From positions 1 through 55,003 of the IMG/VR virus record IMGVR_UViG_3300042837_000038: a stretch of DNA of 55,003 nucleotides; one strand, given 5' to 3'. The notes beneath the pieces are model-generated. The model saw only the letters and a program-made list of their open reading frames with translations. It had not been told where the DNA came from and made no database searches. Below, one piece after another: positions 17,117-27,500 of this stretch (position 1 is its first letter; each line of letters starts with the position of its first letter). The position numbers and the translations under genes were made by a program. Source of the stretch: a virus. Lineage: Duplodnaviria > Caudoviricetes.

Positions 17117-18547
17117 GTGGGTTTGTCGCTGGCGCAGAGAATGGCACGGTTGTCACGGCGGGAGCGCGTGGACATCCTGTCAAACCTGTCCGATGACGTT
17201 GTGCAAGAAATGCTCAATGGGGAATGGTGGTTCGTCGCACGCCCGGAACAGATCCCCCCCCAGGGCCAGGAGATGATCTACCTGTTCTGTGCCGGCCGTG
17301 GAGCGGGCAAGAGCAGGTCAGGCTCCGAATGGATCGTCGACCAGGTCCTCCGCCACCCGTTCGACCGCCAGGGCACCCCCACCGAGTGGCTGGTGGTGGC
17401 CGACACCCTGGCCGACGCCCGGACCATTAACACCGAAGGCCCGTCAGGGATCCTCAACGTGCTCCACCGGCGCGGCATCGACCACCGGTACAAGCAGGTG
17501 CCCCGGCCGATGATCCTGTTCCCGGACGGCGCCCGGATCTACATGGAAGGTGCCGACAACAAGGACACCGGCCGGGGCTACAACGCCGCTGGCGTGCTCT
17601 GTGACGAGATCGTCAAGTGGCGGTGGCCCTACGAGACCTGGTACGAGGGGCTGATGCCGTCCCTGCGGGCGGACCTGGTGGACGACCATCCCCGGGCGTT
17701 CGTCACCACCACCCCGAAGCCGATCAAGTTGCTTCAGGAGTGGATGTCCCGGCAGGACGGGACCGTACATGTCATTACAGGTTCAACGTTCGACAATGCC
17801 ATCAATCTGTCCTCGCACGTGCTCCATGAGCTGAAGGTCCGGTATGCGGGCACTGCTCTCGGGGAACAGGAGCTCTATGGGAAACTTCTGGAGCTCTCCG
17901 GTGGTGGCCTGTTCAAGCGCATGGACATTGTCAACAACCGCCTCCAGGATTCGCCAGACGGTATCGTTTCTACTGTCGTAGGAATGGACCCGAACCTCAC
18001 CGGCGAAGACGCTGAGACGGGGATCGTAGTGATGTGCAGGGATGCGGAAAATCACCTGTACATCCTAGCTGACCGTAGCGTTCAGGTTTCAGGACGAGCG
18101 GCAAGTCTTGCCGCATGGCGAGCTGTGGCGGAGTTCGGTGCGGATCTTCTGGTCTATGAGGAGAACCTGGGTAAACGGTTCCTGCAGGAAGTAATGCAGG
18201 ACGCTTACAAGGAACTGTGTGATCAGGGATTGTTCCCACCCCGCACCACACCACCAATGAAGCCAGTTCACGCCAAGCACGGAAAAGCAACCCGGGCAGA
18301 ACCAGTTGCCAACCGGGCGGAACAAGGAAAGTTGCACGTGGTGGGAGAGTGGGAAGAATTGGAGGACCAGATGGTTCTCTACGATCCGCTTTCCACCCGC
18401 GAATCCCCCGACCGGATGGACGCAATGGTCCACGCCGCCCTCATGCTTATGACCGGTGAGAAACGGCAAATGCGGATGGGCAACCCAGGTTCCTACACTT
18501 TGCCAAGGTCAGGTCTAGAATCTGATTACTACCGCGTCGGATTCTAA
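17117..18547 (+). CDS. terL: Terminase large subunit
   Basis: AGRGAGKSR Walker A, LCDE Walker B, TTTPKP, VGMDP, SPDRMDA nuclease motifs. Confidence 0.95.
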   Translation: MGLSLAQRMARLSRRERVDILSNLSDDVVQEMLNGEWWFVARPEQIPPQGQEMIYLFCAGRGAGKSRSGSEWIVDQVLRHPFDRQGTPTEWLVVADTLADARTINTEGPSGILNVLHRRGIDHRYKQVPRPMILFPDGARIYMEGADNKDTGRGYNAAGVLCDEIVKWRWPYETWYEGLMPSLRADLVDDHPRAFVTTTPKPIKLLQEWMSRQDGTVHVITGSTFDNAINLSSHVLHELKVRYAGTALGEQELYGKLLELSGGGLFKRMDIVNNRLQDSPDGIVSTVVGMDPNLTGEDAETGIVVMCRDAENHLYILADRSVQVSGRAASLAAWRAVAEFGADLLVYEENLGKRFLQEVMQDAYKELCDQGLFPPRTTPPMKPVHAKHGKATRAEPVANRAEQGKLHVVGEWEELEDQMVLYDPLSTRESPDRMDAMVHAALMLMTGEKRQMRMGNPGSYTLPRSGLESDYYRVGF

Positions 18548-18565
18548 GGGCCTTATAGTAACCAC

Positions 18566-18847
18566 ATGATCGTCACTTGCCTTATCGTGGCCACAGTGGC
18601 GGTGACCCGACTGACCAGACTGCTCGTCACAGACAAACTGATGGTCGGGTACCGCCAGTTCATCGTGCGCAAGTGGGGCAAGGATTCGCTCGCTGCTTAC
18701 TGGGCCCATTGCCCGTGGTGCACCTCTATGTGGGTGGCGCTTTTCGTGATGCCACCGGCCGTTTTCTGGCCCAACCAGTGGGTGCTCGCCGCCCTCTCCG
18801 TGCCGGCTGCCTCCATGGTGGCAGGACTCCTCCTCGATAAGGAGTAA
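18566..18847 (+). CDS. DUF1360-like membrane protein
   Basis: RLTRLLVTD...CPWCTSMW. Confidence 0.8.
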   Translation: MIVTCLIVATVAVTRLTRLLVTDKLMVGYRQFIVRKWGKDSLAAYWAHCPWCTSMWVALFVMPPAVFWPNQWVLAALSVPAASMVAGLLLDKE

Positions 18848-18849
18848 CC

Positions 18850-20748
18850 ATGCCCCGACTGGGCCGGCAGCGGGTCCCCGACGTCACCCCACCGCCCCAC
18901 GAAGCCCCCAAATCTTTGGTGGCGTCCGCCGCTCGCATCAAACTGGGCAACGCCGGCTGGTCCAAGTACCGGTTCGGCGATGATGGTTGGCAGCAGGAAG
19001 CGTGGCGTTTCTACGACACCATCGGTGAGCTTCGCTTCGCCGCCAACTGGATCGGTTCATGCTGCTCCAGAGTGCGTCTGTACATTGCGGAAGTAGATAA
19101 GAACGGACGCATTCAACAGGAGACTGAGAACAAGAAGGTCTCAGCCCTGGCGGACACCCTGTTCGGCAACCCGGCCGCCAAATCCGAAGCTCTCCGCATG
19201 ATGGGTATCAACCTCACCGTCGCTGGCGACGTATACGTCGTAGGCCGCAGCGTAAGGGATGCCGAAAGCGACGAGTGGATGGTGATGTCCTGCTCGGAAC
19301 TGAAGCGCATCAGTGCCCGAGGTGGCCCCTACTACGGGTTTGTGGACTCCGAAGGAAAGTTCCTCGGCGGGGACGAGAACAAACTCGATCCCGAGAACGA
19401 CATCATCATCCGCATCTGGACCCCCCACCCGCGCCGTAACCTGTGGGCAGATTCCCCCACCAAGGGTGCCTTCGCGATGCTGTGGGAGATCGAGAAACTC
19501 ACCCGGTACGTGTTCGCCCAGATCGATTCCCGCCTGGTGTCCGCCGGCCTGCTGTGGATCCCCAAGGAGGCGTCGTTCCCGGACCAGGACGGGGAACAGA
19601 CCGGAGCGGTCGCCCTCACCGACCACCTGGTCCAGATGGGGTCGCTGTCGCTCAAAGGTGAAGGCACGGCGGCGGGTGTGGTTCCCACCATCGTGGAGAT
19701 CCCCAACGAAGCCCTGGGCAAGGTGCAACTGACCCAGTTCATCAGCGAACTGTCCCAGCAGGCCCGGGAACTGCGCGAGGAAGCCCTGGCCCGGTTCGCC
19801 ACCGCCATGGACATGCCACCAGAAATCCTGAAAGGGACCGGGGACACCAACCACTGGTCCAGTTGGCATGTGGAGGAGTCGGCGGTCAAGGTTCACATCG
19901 AGCCACTGCTGACCCGTATCTGTGACGGCCTGAACATCGGGTACCTGAAGGCGGCTCTCAAAGCCATCAACGTGGACCCCGACAAATACATGCTGTGGTA
20001 CGACACGGCACCGTTGACGGTGCGGCCACAGAAGCTCCAGGACACCCACAACCTGTACAAGGACGGGATCGTGTCCCGGGAGGCGGTCATCCTCGCGGGG
20101 GACTACAAGCTCAGTGACATGCCCGACGAAGAGGAAGAGACCAAGCGGTTCGTCAAGGAACTAATGCTCCGGGACCCGAACCTGATCAACTCCCCGTCGA
20201 TCCGGGAACTGGTCGGGCTCCCCGCCGACATGTTGCCGGCCCCCACCCAGAACGGTCAGGGTCCGCCCCCGCCACCGGCACCGCCCACCGGTATCGCTCC
20301 CACGGGTGCCCCGGTGCCGATCCCGGTCGGCTCCACCGCCGAGGGTGCACCCACCGAGGTGGCCCCACCGGTCGTCGCCGCCGCGTCGATCCCGCAGTGG
20401 GCCAACACCATGGTGGTCGCCAACGCGGTAACTCTGCGGGCAATGGAACTGGCCGGCAAGCGGTTGCTGACTTCAAGTAACCGGGGCCAACACAAGGAGA
20501 CCAGCCCGCAGGAGCTACACACCAAGATCCGGGTCCTGGGTGTGGACCACGCCAAGCGGTTGCTCCATGGGGCCTGGGACATGCTGCCGTCACTGTCCAC
20601 CCACCTGGATCCCAGTATCGACGCCATGGCCTTGCAGTCCACGCTGGAGACCTACTGCACGCAGATCCTGGTAGCCGGGGTGCCGCACGACGTCAACAAC
20701 CTGGGTATCCGGCTGCGGGAGCGGGACCTCATCCATGAGCACGCGTGA
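18850..20748 (+). CDS. Portal protein
   Basis: WQQEAWRFYDTIGELRF, IRIWTPHP, DMPPEIL.G.GDTNHWS; position after TerL. Confidence 0.9.
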   Translation: MPRLGRQRVPDVTPPPHEAPKSLVASAARIKLGNAGWSKYRFGDDGWQQEAWRFYDTIGELRFAANWIGSCCSRVRLYIAEVDKNGRIQQETENKKVSALADTLFGNPAAKSEALRMMGINLTVAGDVYVVGRSVRDAESDEWMVMSCSELKRISARGGPYYGFVDSEGKFLGGDENKLDPENDIIIRIWTPHPRRNLWADSPTKGAFAMLWEIEKLTRYVFAQIDSRLVSAGLLWIPKEASFPDQDGEQTGAVALTDHLVQMGSLSLKGEGTAAGVVPTIVEIPNEALGKVQLTQFISELSQQARELREEALARFATAMDMPPEILKGTGDTNHWSSWHVEESAVKVHIEPLLTRICDGLNIGYLKAALKAINVDPDKYMLWYDTAPLTVRPQKLQDTHNLYKDGIVSREAVILAGDYKLSDMPDEEEETKRFVKELMLRDPNLINSPSIRELVGLPADMLPAPTQNGQGPPPPPAPPTGIAPTGAPVPIPVGSTAEGAPTEVAPPVVAAASIPQWANTMVVANAVTLRAMELAGKRLLTSSNRGQHKETSPQELHTKIRVLGVDHAKRLLHGAWDMLPSLSTHLDPSIDAMALQSTLETYCTQILVAGVPHDVNNLGIRLRERDLIHEHA

Positions 20749-21454
20749 CAGCGACGAGGCCAGCCTCGGTGCCACGGTCACCGGGGCCCTGAAACGCTGG
20801 CTGGGTAAGGCCCGGGACGCGGTGATGGCCCCCTGGCGCCAGTACAAGATCTCCCCATCGCCGGTGGCGATCTTTACCACGCAGCAGGACTGGAACTCCG
20901 AGGTCGGCACCATTCTCACCGAGATCGGGAAGATCGGCGCCGGGGCCTGGTCACGGGCCAGTGACGTGCCGTTCGTTTCCCGGCACTCGTTCGTCGTGGC
21001 ACAACTGGCCCAGACTGAGAACCTACTGGTCCGGATCCCGGACGAGATCTACAACCGGATCTTCGCCGTGATCACGGACGTGGTCAACAACGGTGGCGGC
21101 ATACAGGAGGTCGCAGACGGAGTTGACGATGTTCTCTCCTGGACCGGCTCCGAAAACTGGCCAAGTCGTGCCAAAACCATCGCCACTACCGAGGTGACCC
21201 GGGCCTATGGTGGCGCTACAGTCGCAGCCGGCATGGAACAGTCGCGTGTAACCGGCAAATTGGTCTTCAAGGAATGGCTCACGGAAGCCGATCGCCACGT
21301 GCGGGCCACCCATCGAGCGACTAATCATCTGCGGGTTCCTCTCGCATCAGTTTTCCCTGTTGGTGAGGCGTATCTCCTCTATCCTGGGGATGCGTCTGGG
21401 CCACCGAACGAGGTCATCAACTGTCGGTGTGATCTACAGATTGTGGAGGGGTGA
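20735..21454 (+). CDS. MuF-like minor head protein
   Basis: RAKTIATTE, KEW...D..VRATH, YPGD..GP.NEVINCRC. Confidence 0.9.
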   Translation: MSTRDSDEASLGATVTGALKRWLGKARDAVMAPWRQYKISPSPVAIFTTQQDWNSEVGTILTEIGKIGAGAWSRASDVPFVSRHSFVVAQLAQTENLLVRIPDEIYNRIFAVITDVVNNGGGIQEVADGVDDVLSWTGSENWPSRAKTIATTEVTRAYGGATVAAGMEQSRVTGKLVFKEWLTEADRHVRATHRATNHLRVPLASVFPVGEAYLLYPGDASGPPNEVINCRCDLQIVEG

Positions 21455-21455
21455 C

Positions 21456-23852
21456 ATGGACCCGAATCCGGGTAGAGGGATGCCCCTCCAGCTACAAAGA
21501 TACTGGCTCCTTGGGAAAGGTGCGGCAAAGATTCGCTGGGACACTCCCGGTGATTTCTTGAGGTGTGTACGTGCGCTTCGGAGTAAGTTCCCTAAGAATC
21601 CCGAAGGTCTTTGTAACATCCTACACCAGAAGGCCACCGGAGGCCCCCCAGGTCACGGGCGCGGGGAACACAGTGCCCACACCGAGGAGGCTCTCACCCT
21701 CCTGGCGTCCCAGCCTGTCCTCGGCACCAACCTGTGGGCCGGACCCATGGCGCCCATCAACAAACCCACCGGCGAACCCAGCCAGGTACGGATGTTTGTG
21801 CCCGGTTCCATCAAGCACCGGGACCTGCCGTTGCCCCTCCGCCACCGACGTGTGGAGGGCATGGGGCACCAGGGGGCGGTCACTGTAGGCCGGATCCTGG
21901 GCCTCACCACCGGACCCGACGAAGGCGGCACCGACTGGGTGTACGCCTGGGGCGACTGGCTCGACTCCGAGATCATTCCCGAGGTCACCGAAGCCCGGTA
22001 CCTCGTCGACCAGGGCGTCGCCGGTGCCAGCCTCGACCCCGGTGGTCGGGTGCGGGCCATGGTGGACCCGGAAACCGGCGCCCATCACATGATGGAGTAC
22101 ACGATGGGCGGCGCCACGCTGGTGGCGATCCCCGCCTTCTCGGCAACCCGGCTGTACAACCTCATTGATGGCGAGTGGCCCGACGATGATCCTGACATGG
22201 ATGTTTCTGGGGACGAGTCTGACGATTGCGGGTGCGCTTCTGTTGTGGCGGGCGCTGCGGACACCTTCACGGTTAACCCGAATGGGTGGCGGGGTCTACC
22301 GCTCGCACCACGCGAGAGCGTCTTTGACAACGACGATGCGATCAAACGGATCTCGGCGTGGGCAAACGTGGAAGCAAAAGGAACGGATGTAGGAAAGCTG
22401 CGAAAGGCGTTCATGTGGCACGACAGCACCAAACCTGACGCGGACATCTCCACATATCGGCTCCCCGTCGGCGACATCGTCAACGGTCGCCTGACGCTCA
22501 TCTACCACGCCATCTACGCGGCAGCCGCTCTCATTTCCGGTGCCCACGGTGGCCTTCCCGACATTCCTGACGAGGACAAGAACCAGTTGCGCACCGTCAT
22601 TTCCGAGATCTACCCGGAGATGGCGAAAGCGTTCAATGACCAGTCGATCCGGGCACCGTGGGACCGGCCAGCAAACGTGGCCGCCCGCGAGGACGCCATG
22701 AGCATGCAGGAGGAGTACGCGGTGGCTGACAAGGAACCGTACGGGGACGTGACCTATGCGGACCCCGGCTACCAGGAAGACGGTAAGAAGCGGTACCCGC
22801 TCGACACGGAGGAACACATCCGGGCGGCGTGGACGTACATCAACCAGTCGGAGAACGCGGGTGCGTACAGTCCGGCACAGCTCAAGACGATCAAGGCGAA
22901 GATCTCGAAGGCGATGAAGAAACTCGGTGCCCAGGTGGAGGACTCCGGGGACTATTCCATGGCGTTCGGCTACCCGCTGGAGCCGCCACGGGCCTGGTTC
23001 GAGAACCCGGCGCTGACCGGGAAGACCCCGGTGACCGTGGATCCCAACGGGCACGTGTACGGGCACCTGGCCGCCTGGAACGAATGCCACCGTGACGTGG
23101 CGCAGAACTCCTGCGTGCTGGCACCCAAGTCGCGCAAGGAGTACGCACCGTTCCACCTGGGTCACGTGTTCACCGCCGAAGGTGACCGGGTGGACGTGGG
23201 CAAGATCGTCATGGATACCCGTCACGCCAGTGTGAACCTGCGGTACGCGGCGGCGGCCATCCACTACGACAACACCGGTGATGAGGTGGCGGTTGTCCGG
23301 GCCGGTGAGGACGAGTTCGGGATCTGGGTGTCTGGTTCGATGATCCCGGAGGCGAGCCCGGAGAAGGCCGCCAAGTTGCGTCGCTCGCCGCTGTCGGGTG
23401 ACTGGCGGTCGGTGGACGGCAACCTGGAACTCACCGCCGCCCTGGCCGTCAACGTCCCCGCCTTCCCGGTGTACGCCATGGACGGGGACGAGCAGTTGGC
23501 TCTGGTGGCTGCCGGCATGGTGGCCGCTGTGGACGAAGAGGACCCGGACGAGCAGGAGATGCGGGCCTGGGAACTTCGGGAACTGCTGGACGAGGATGAG
23601 CGACTGGAGCAGCGGGACCGGGCACGTCGGTTCTCGCAACTGTTCGCCATGGACGGAGAGGCAGCACCAGAGGTGCCTGGCGAGGACCCGTTGTATGGGG
23701 CACAGGGAATGACCAGCCGGCAGTTGGACGCCTTGTTCTCGATCATCGAGGAACCAGGGGGAGGTACAGAAGATGGCAGCGAACCCGAACCCGTCCCGGC
23801 AGACGGACGCCCAGTGGTACCTGTGGGAGGAACTGCACCGGCTGGAGTCTAA
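21456..23852 (+). CDS. Multidomain capsid maturation protease-like protein
   Basis: LPLPL...GHQGAVTVG, GATLVAIPAF, YADPGYQ.DGKKRYPLD (DUF6582-like), LSGDWR...LAVNVPAFP. Confidence 0.8.
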   Translation: MDPNPGRGMPLQLQRYWLLGKGAAKIRWDTPGDFLRCVRALRSKFPKNPEGLCNILHQKATGGPPGHGRGEHSAHTEEALTLLASQPVLGTNLWAGPMAPINKPTGEPSQVRMFVPGSIKHRDLPLPLRHRRVEGMGHQGAVTVGRILGLTTGPDEGGTDWVYAWGDWLDSEIIPEVTEARYLVDQGVAGASLDPGGRVRAMVDPETGAHHMMEYTMGGATLVAIPAFSATRLYNLIDGEWPDDDPDMDVSGDESDDCGCASVVAGAADTFTVNPNGWRGLPLAPRESVFDNDDAIKRISAWANVEAKGTDVGKLRKAFMWHDSTKPDADISTYRLPVGDIVNGRLTLIYHAIYAAAALISGAHGGLPDIPDEDKNQLRTVISEIYPEMAKAFNDQSIRAPWDRPANVAAREDAMSMQEEYAVADKEPYGDVTYADPGYQEDGKKRYPLDTEEHIRAAWTYINQSENAGAYSPAQLKTIKAKISKAMKKLGAQVEDSGDYSMAFGYPLEPPRAWFENPALTGKTPVTVDPNGHVYGHLAAWNECHRDVAQNSCVLAPKSRKEYAPFHLGHVFTAEGDRVDVGKIVMDTRHASVNLRYAAAAIHYDNTGDEVAVVRAGEDEFGIWVSGSMIPEASPEKAAKLRRSPLSGDWRSVDGNLELTAALAVNVPAFPVYAMDGDEQLALVAAGMVAAVDEEDPDEQEMRAWELRELLDEDERLEQRDRARRFSQLFAMDGEAAPEVPGEDPLYGAQGMTSRQLDALFSIIEEPGGGTEDGSEPEPVPADGRPVVPVGGTAPAGV

Positions 23853-24570
23853 GTCCCAGTTGGGCGGGATCTACGCGTTCAAAAGTGGGTACCACGGGAC
23901 CAGGGACGACAACAAGAAGAACTGGCCCGGCAACTACTCCATTGTGGACTCCGAAGACAAGGGAGGTCCCAGTGATAAGTCAGGAGCCCTGGACTGGACG
24001 TTCCCGGACGCCCAGAGTGGCCGCTACGACACCATTATCAAATACACGAAACGACTTCTCGCTTCAGCTCAGGATCCCAAAGACACCCGGCTGTCTGGGT
24101 GGCGGGAGTTCTACGGGCAGGCGGACAAGGATACCCACGTAGAGGGGTGGGATTGTCGTTACTGCCTGCCGGCGACTTCCGATCCTTCCCACTTGTGGCA
24201 TCTACATTTCTCAGAGGATAGAGACAAAGTCGAATCGTACGACAACAAAAACGCCCTATTGTCGGTACTGCGGGGCGAAACTTGGGAGGATTACATGTCC
24301 GGTCTCACGCCACAGCAGGCTGACAACCTCACTGCCATTGACAAGCGGCTCTACGGAATCTTCGACAATGAGCCCACCGTCACCTTCAAAACCGCTGACG
24401 GTGTGTCGCGTACCGAAACGAACAACAACTACGTGGTCCTCAAGGATCTACAGGACCGGATCGCAGTCCTGGAAGTGGGTGGCGTGGACGAGGACGCCCT
24501 CGCTCAGAAGGTTGCTACCCTGGTCGTGCAGCAGCTCGGGGGACTCGTCTACAAGCCAGAGGCAGCGTGA
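23773..24570 (+). CDS. Putative endolysin (Zn peptidase-like)
   Basis: SGYH, ALDWT, SDPSHLWHLHFS HxH motif typical of M15-like actinophage lysins. Confidence 0.65.
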   Translation: MAANPNPSRQTDAQWYLWEELHRLESKSQLGGIYAFKSGYHGTRDDNKKNWPGNYSIVDSEDKGGPSDKSGALDWTFPDAQSGRYDTIIKYTKRLLASAQDPKDTRLSGWREFYGQADKDTHVEGWDCRYCLPATSDPSHLWHLHFSEDRDKVESYDNKNALLSVLRGETWEDYMSGLTPQQADNLTAIDKRLYGIFDNEPTVTFKTADGVSRTETNNNYVVLKDLQDRIAVLEVGGVDEDALAQKVATLVVQQLGGLVYKPEAA

Positions 24571-24573
24571 CGT

Positions 24574-27500
24574 ATGGCAGGTGTCGGGGATTCCTGGGGA
24601 ACCGCAGAGGAGCTGCTGCACCCTCGTGACTCCCATGGCCGCTTCCGTTCTAGTTGGAAAATGTCGGCGGCGGCCGTCAAGAACATCCTCGGCATCCTGT
24701 CCTCTTTTCAGCCGCGCACCTTCGAAAGCGACGACCACGCCTCCAATTACCTGCGGGGAATTTCCCAGTCCCGCAGACCCAAATACGGTGCCAACGCCAT
24801 TGACAAGTTGGTTCGCAACTTCGCCGAAATCAACGGCAAGCTTCGTAAAGGTGACAGCTCCGGGCCGGATATCAAAGCCATCGACGCCGAGATGGAACCC
24901 CTCCCGGACAACCTCATCCTCAGCCGCGTGGTGGGTCCGGAAGCATTCGGACTGACCCCGGAAAACATTTCCCAACTGGAGGAATACACTGGGAAACTGG
25001 TGGCCGACCGGGGCTACTCGTCCACCAACATCGGCACCCCACTGCCGCACCAGGCGGGACAGATCACCATGGTGATCGCCACCCCGAAAGGAACCCGGGC
25101 AGCCCTGTCGGGTTCGGGGAACAAGCCGTCCCGGGAGGTGTTCCTGGACCGGGAGCAGCCACTACGGATCACCAAAGTGGATTCCGACGGCCAGGGTGGC
25201 TTCTACGTGCTGGCCGTAGCCACCGAGAAGGGTTCCAAGGGGAACATCCGGTCTAAGAAGCTAGGTCCCGCAGCCAAAGCACCGGCCGTTTCCCCAGCGG
25301 AGGAGGCGGGGGTACCGCAGGCCGCACCCGTACCGGGCCCCCCAGCGCCTGTACCGCAGGCACCCAACCCGGAAGCCCCTCAGGCCCCGGCTCCGGGGGC
25401 GTTGGTGGTCCCGAAGAAGCAGGGACGGCCGGCCGGACCACCACCGGCTCCACGGTCAGACGGTCACGTGGCGGAGAATCTGGGTGGGCAGGGTCAGTCA
25501 CGGGCTGAGGCTTCCGCTCCAAGTGCTCCGCGAGGAGCTGAAACGCCATCGCCAACAACTGAGACGCCTGAGCCAGCTCCTCATACACCTGGGCCAGAGG
25601 TGGCTCCTCAGGAGCCTTTCCGGGACGCATTCCGTAAAGCTAACATCAACGGACCGTCGTCCACGAGTCCCCGGCGTAAGGACTTCAACACCGCGTTCCT
25701 GGGTGCTTCTTCCGGAAAGCGGGAACCAACTTCCATTGTCGGGGAACTGGAAGATCGCATCTCCCTGTACGAGTCACAGTTGAAGGCCGACAAGGAGGAT
25801 GGCACCGATTCCGGCACCCTACCCAAGGACATCGGCCAGCTTCAGCAACTGGCACAGTTCATCCGTAAGCACTTCGGGCTTGGTGGAGTTAAAGAGGAAA
25901 AGAAGGAACCAGCCAAGAAGGCTCCGGCCAAAAAGGTAGCTGCCCCTGCGAAAAAGGTGGTCGCTCCGAAGGCGGCTCCCTCTACCCCAGAAGCCGCTGA
26001 CCAGGCCATCAAGGAGGCTGAACGGCCCAGACGCCCCCACCGTGCCAAGGTGGCCAAGAAGGCATCGGAGCCGGTATCGCTGGCCGAACCCACCAAGGAT
26101 GGCCGCAGTCTCGGTGACCGGTGGCTGGAAGCCGCCGACATGAAACGGGACGACCTCTCCGAGGTGGAACAGGTGGGTCTGAACCTGCTCGCGGACCAGG
26201 TGGCTTCCGGTGCCCTGTCCCGGCCTGAGGCGGCCAAGCGGTTGGGTGGCGGTAGCTCCACCAAATTGACCAAGGTTGCTGACGGGCTGGCCAAGGTTCC
26301 CCGCAACGCTGGTCCTAAGAAGGTTGCTAAGCGGTTAACGGAGCAACCAGTTCCAGACCGCAAGAAGCCTGGATTGGCCGCCGGAAAGACGAACGCAAAC
26401 CAGGTAACCAATGGGGACCGGATCCTGGTCCGCAAGAATGCTGCCGGAGACTGGGAAGCGTCATCCACCAAAACTGGTGCCACCACTCTCACGGTGACCG
26501 GGAAGGCGTCCACTAAGGGGCGGCGTTCTGGTATCCAGATCACGGGTACCGACGAGGACGGCAACCAGATCACGGTGAAGCCGGGGCCTTCGCATCAGAC
26601 CTTCTGGAAGGCGGAAATAAAGACCGCTCCTCCCAAAAAGGCTCCTGATGCCCCCCAAAAGGCTCCTGATGCCCCCCAAAAGGCTCCTGATGCGGGTCCG
26701 AAGATGAGTACCAAGCCACTGCTCCCCAATAACTGGGATCGGGGAGGTGGAGGTGGAGAGATCGATTTCCATGGTGACGGTGACATCGGTGTGGCTCTGG
26801 ATGCCCTCGGAGATGACAAGAAACTGGATGTTGACGGGGATGCTCTGGCGAATGTGTGGGGACGCCTGGCCACCAGGGCGGTGAGCGGGGACATCACCGA
26901 GCGGCAGTTGATAGATGAGACGAAGAAGTTGCGGGACAAGTTCCCAGCGGACTCGAAACCCTACAAGATCATCAACCGGGCCGCTGAGTCAATGGACGCA
27001 CCAGAGATGACAGCCCCGTCCCTGCCCTCTCAGGCACCAGCTCCCCTCAAGAAGCTGGCCCAGGATCTGGTCAAGATCCCGCTGGCACGCAAGGACCGCC
27101 CAGGAGATGGCCCATCGGAACTGACCATGCTTCAGGAGTTGATCCGCGACTGGATGGCCGGGGAGCTTTCACCACTGCGGTTCAAGACCCGGCTCGTTGC
27201 CCTGTCCAACAATCGTCACGAGAGTAGGGAAGGCAAGTTCGAGGTAGATCGTGTCATCAAGGAAGCCATTGACGCGATCGGGAAGATGGATCGTAAGGAT
27301 CTTCTGCCACCCACTCCACCGTTGCCCTCCCGGATCACCGCAGACGACATCGACAAGGCCCGTAGTGTTGAAACTATTTCCCAGGGTAACGTGGGCGATA
27401 ACCGTAAGATTGTCCTAGCTAACGGTAAGGAAGTCTTCGTCAAGCATTCCAAAAAATGGGGACTACGCAGCGGAGCCGAAATTACTGACGCCGAAGAGAT

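Noticed and set aside
26637-26692. 21-bp tandem repeat as a mini-CRISPR
   Set aside because: No spacers; an in-frame linker repeat
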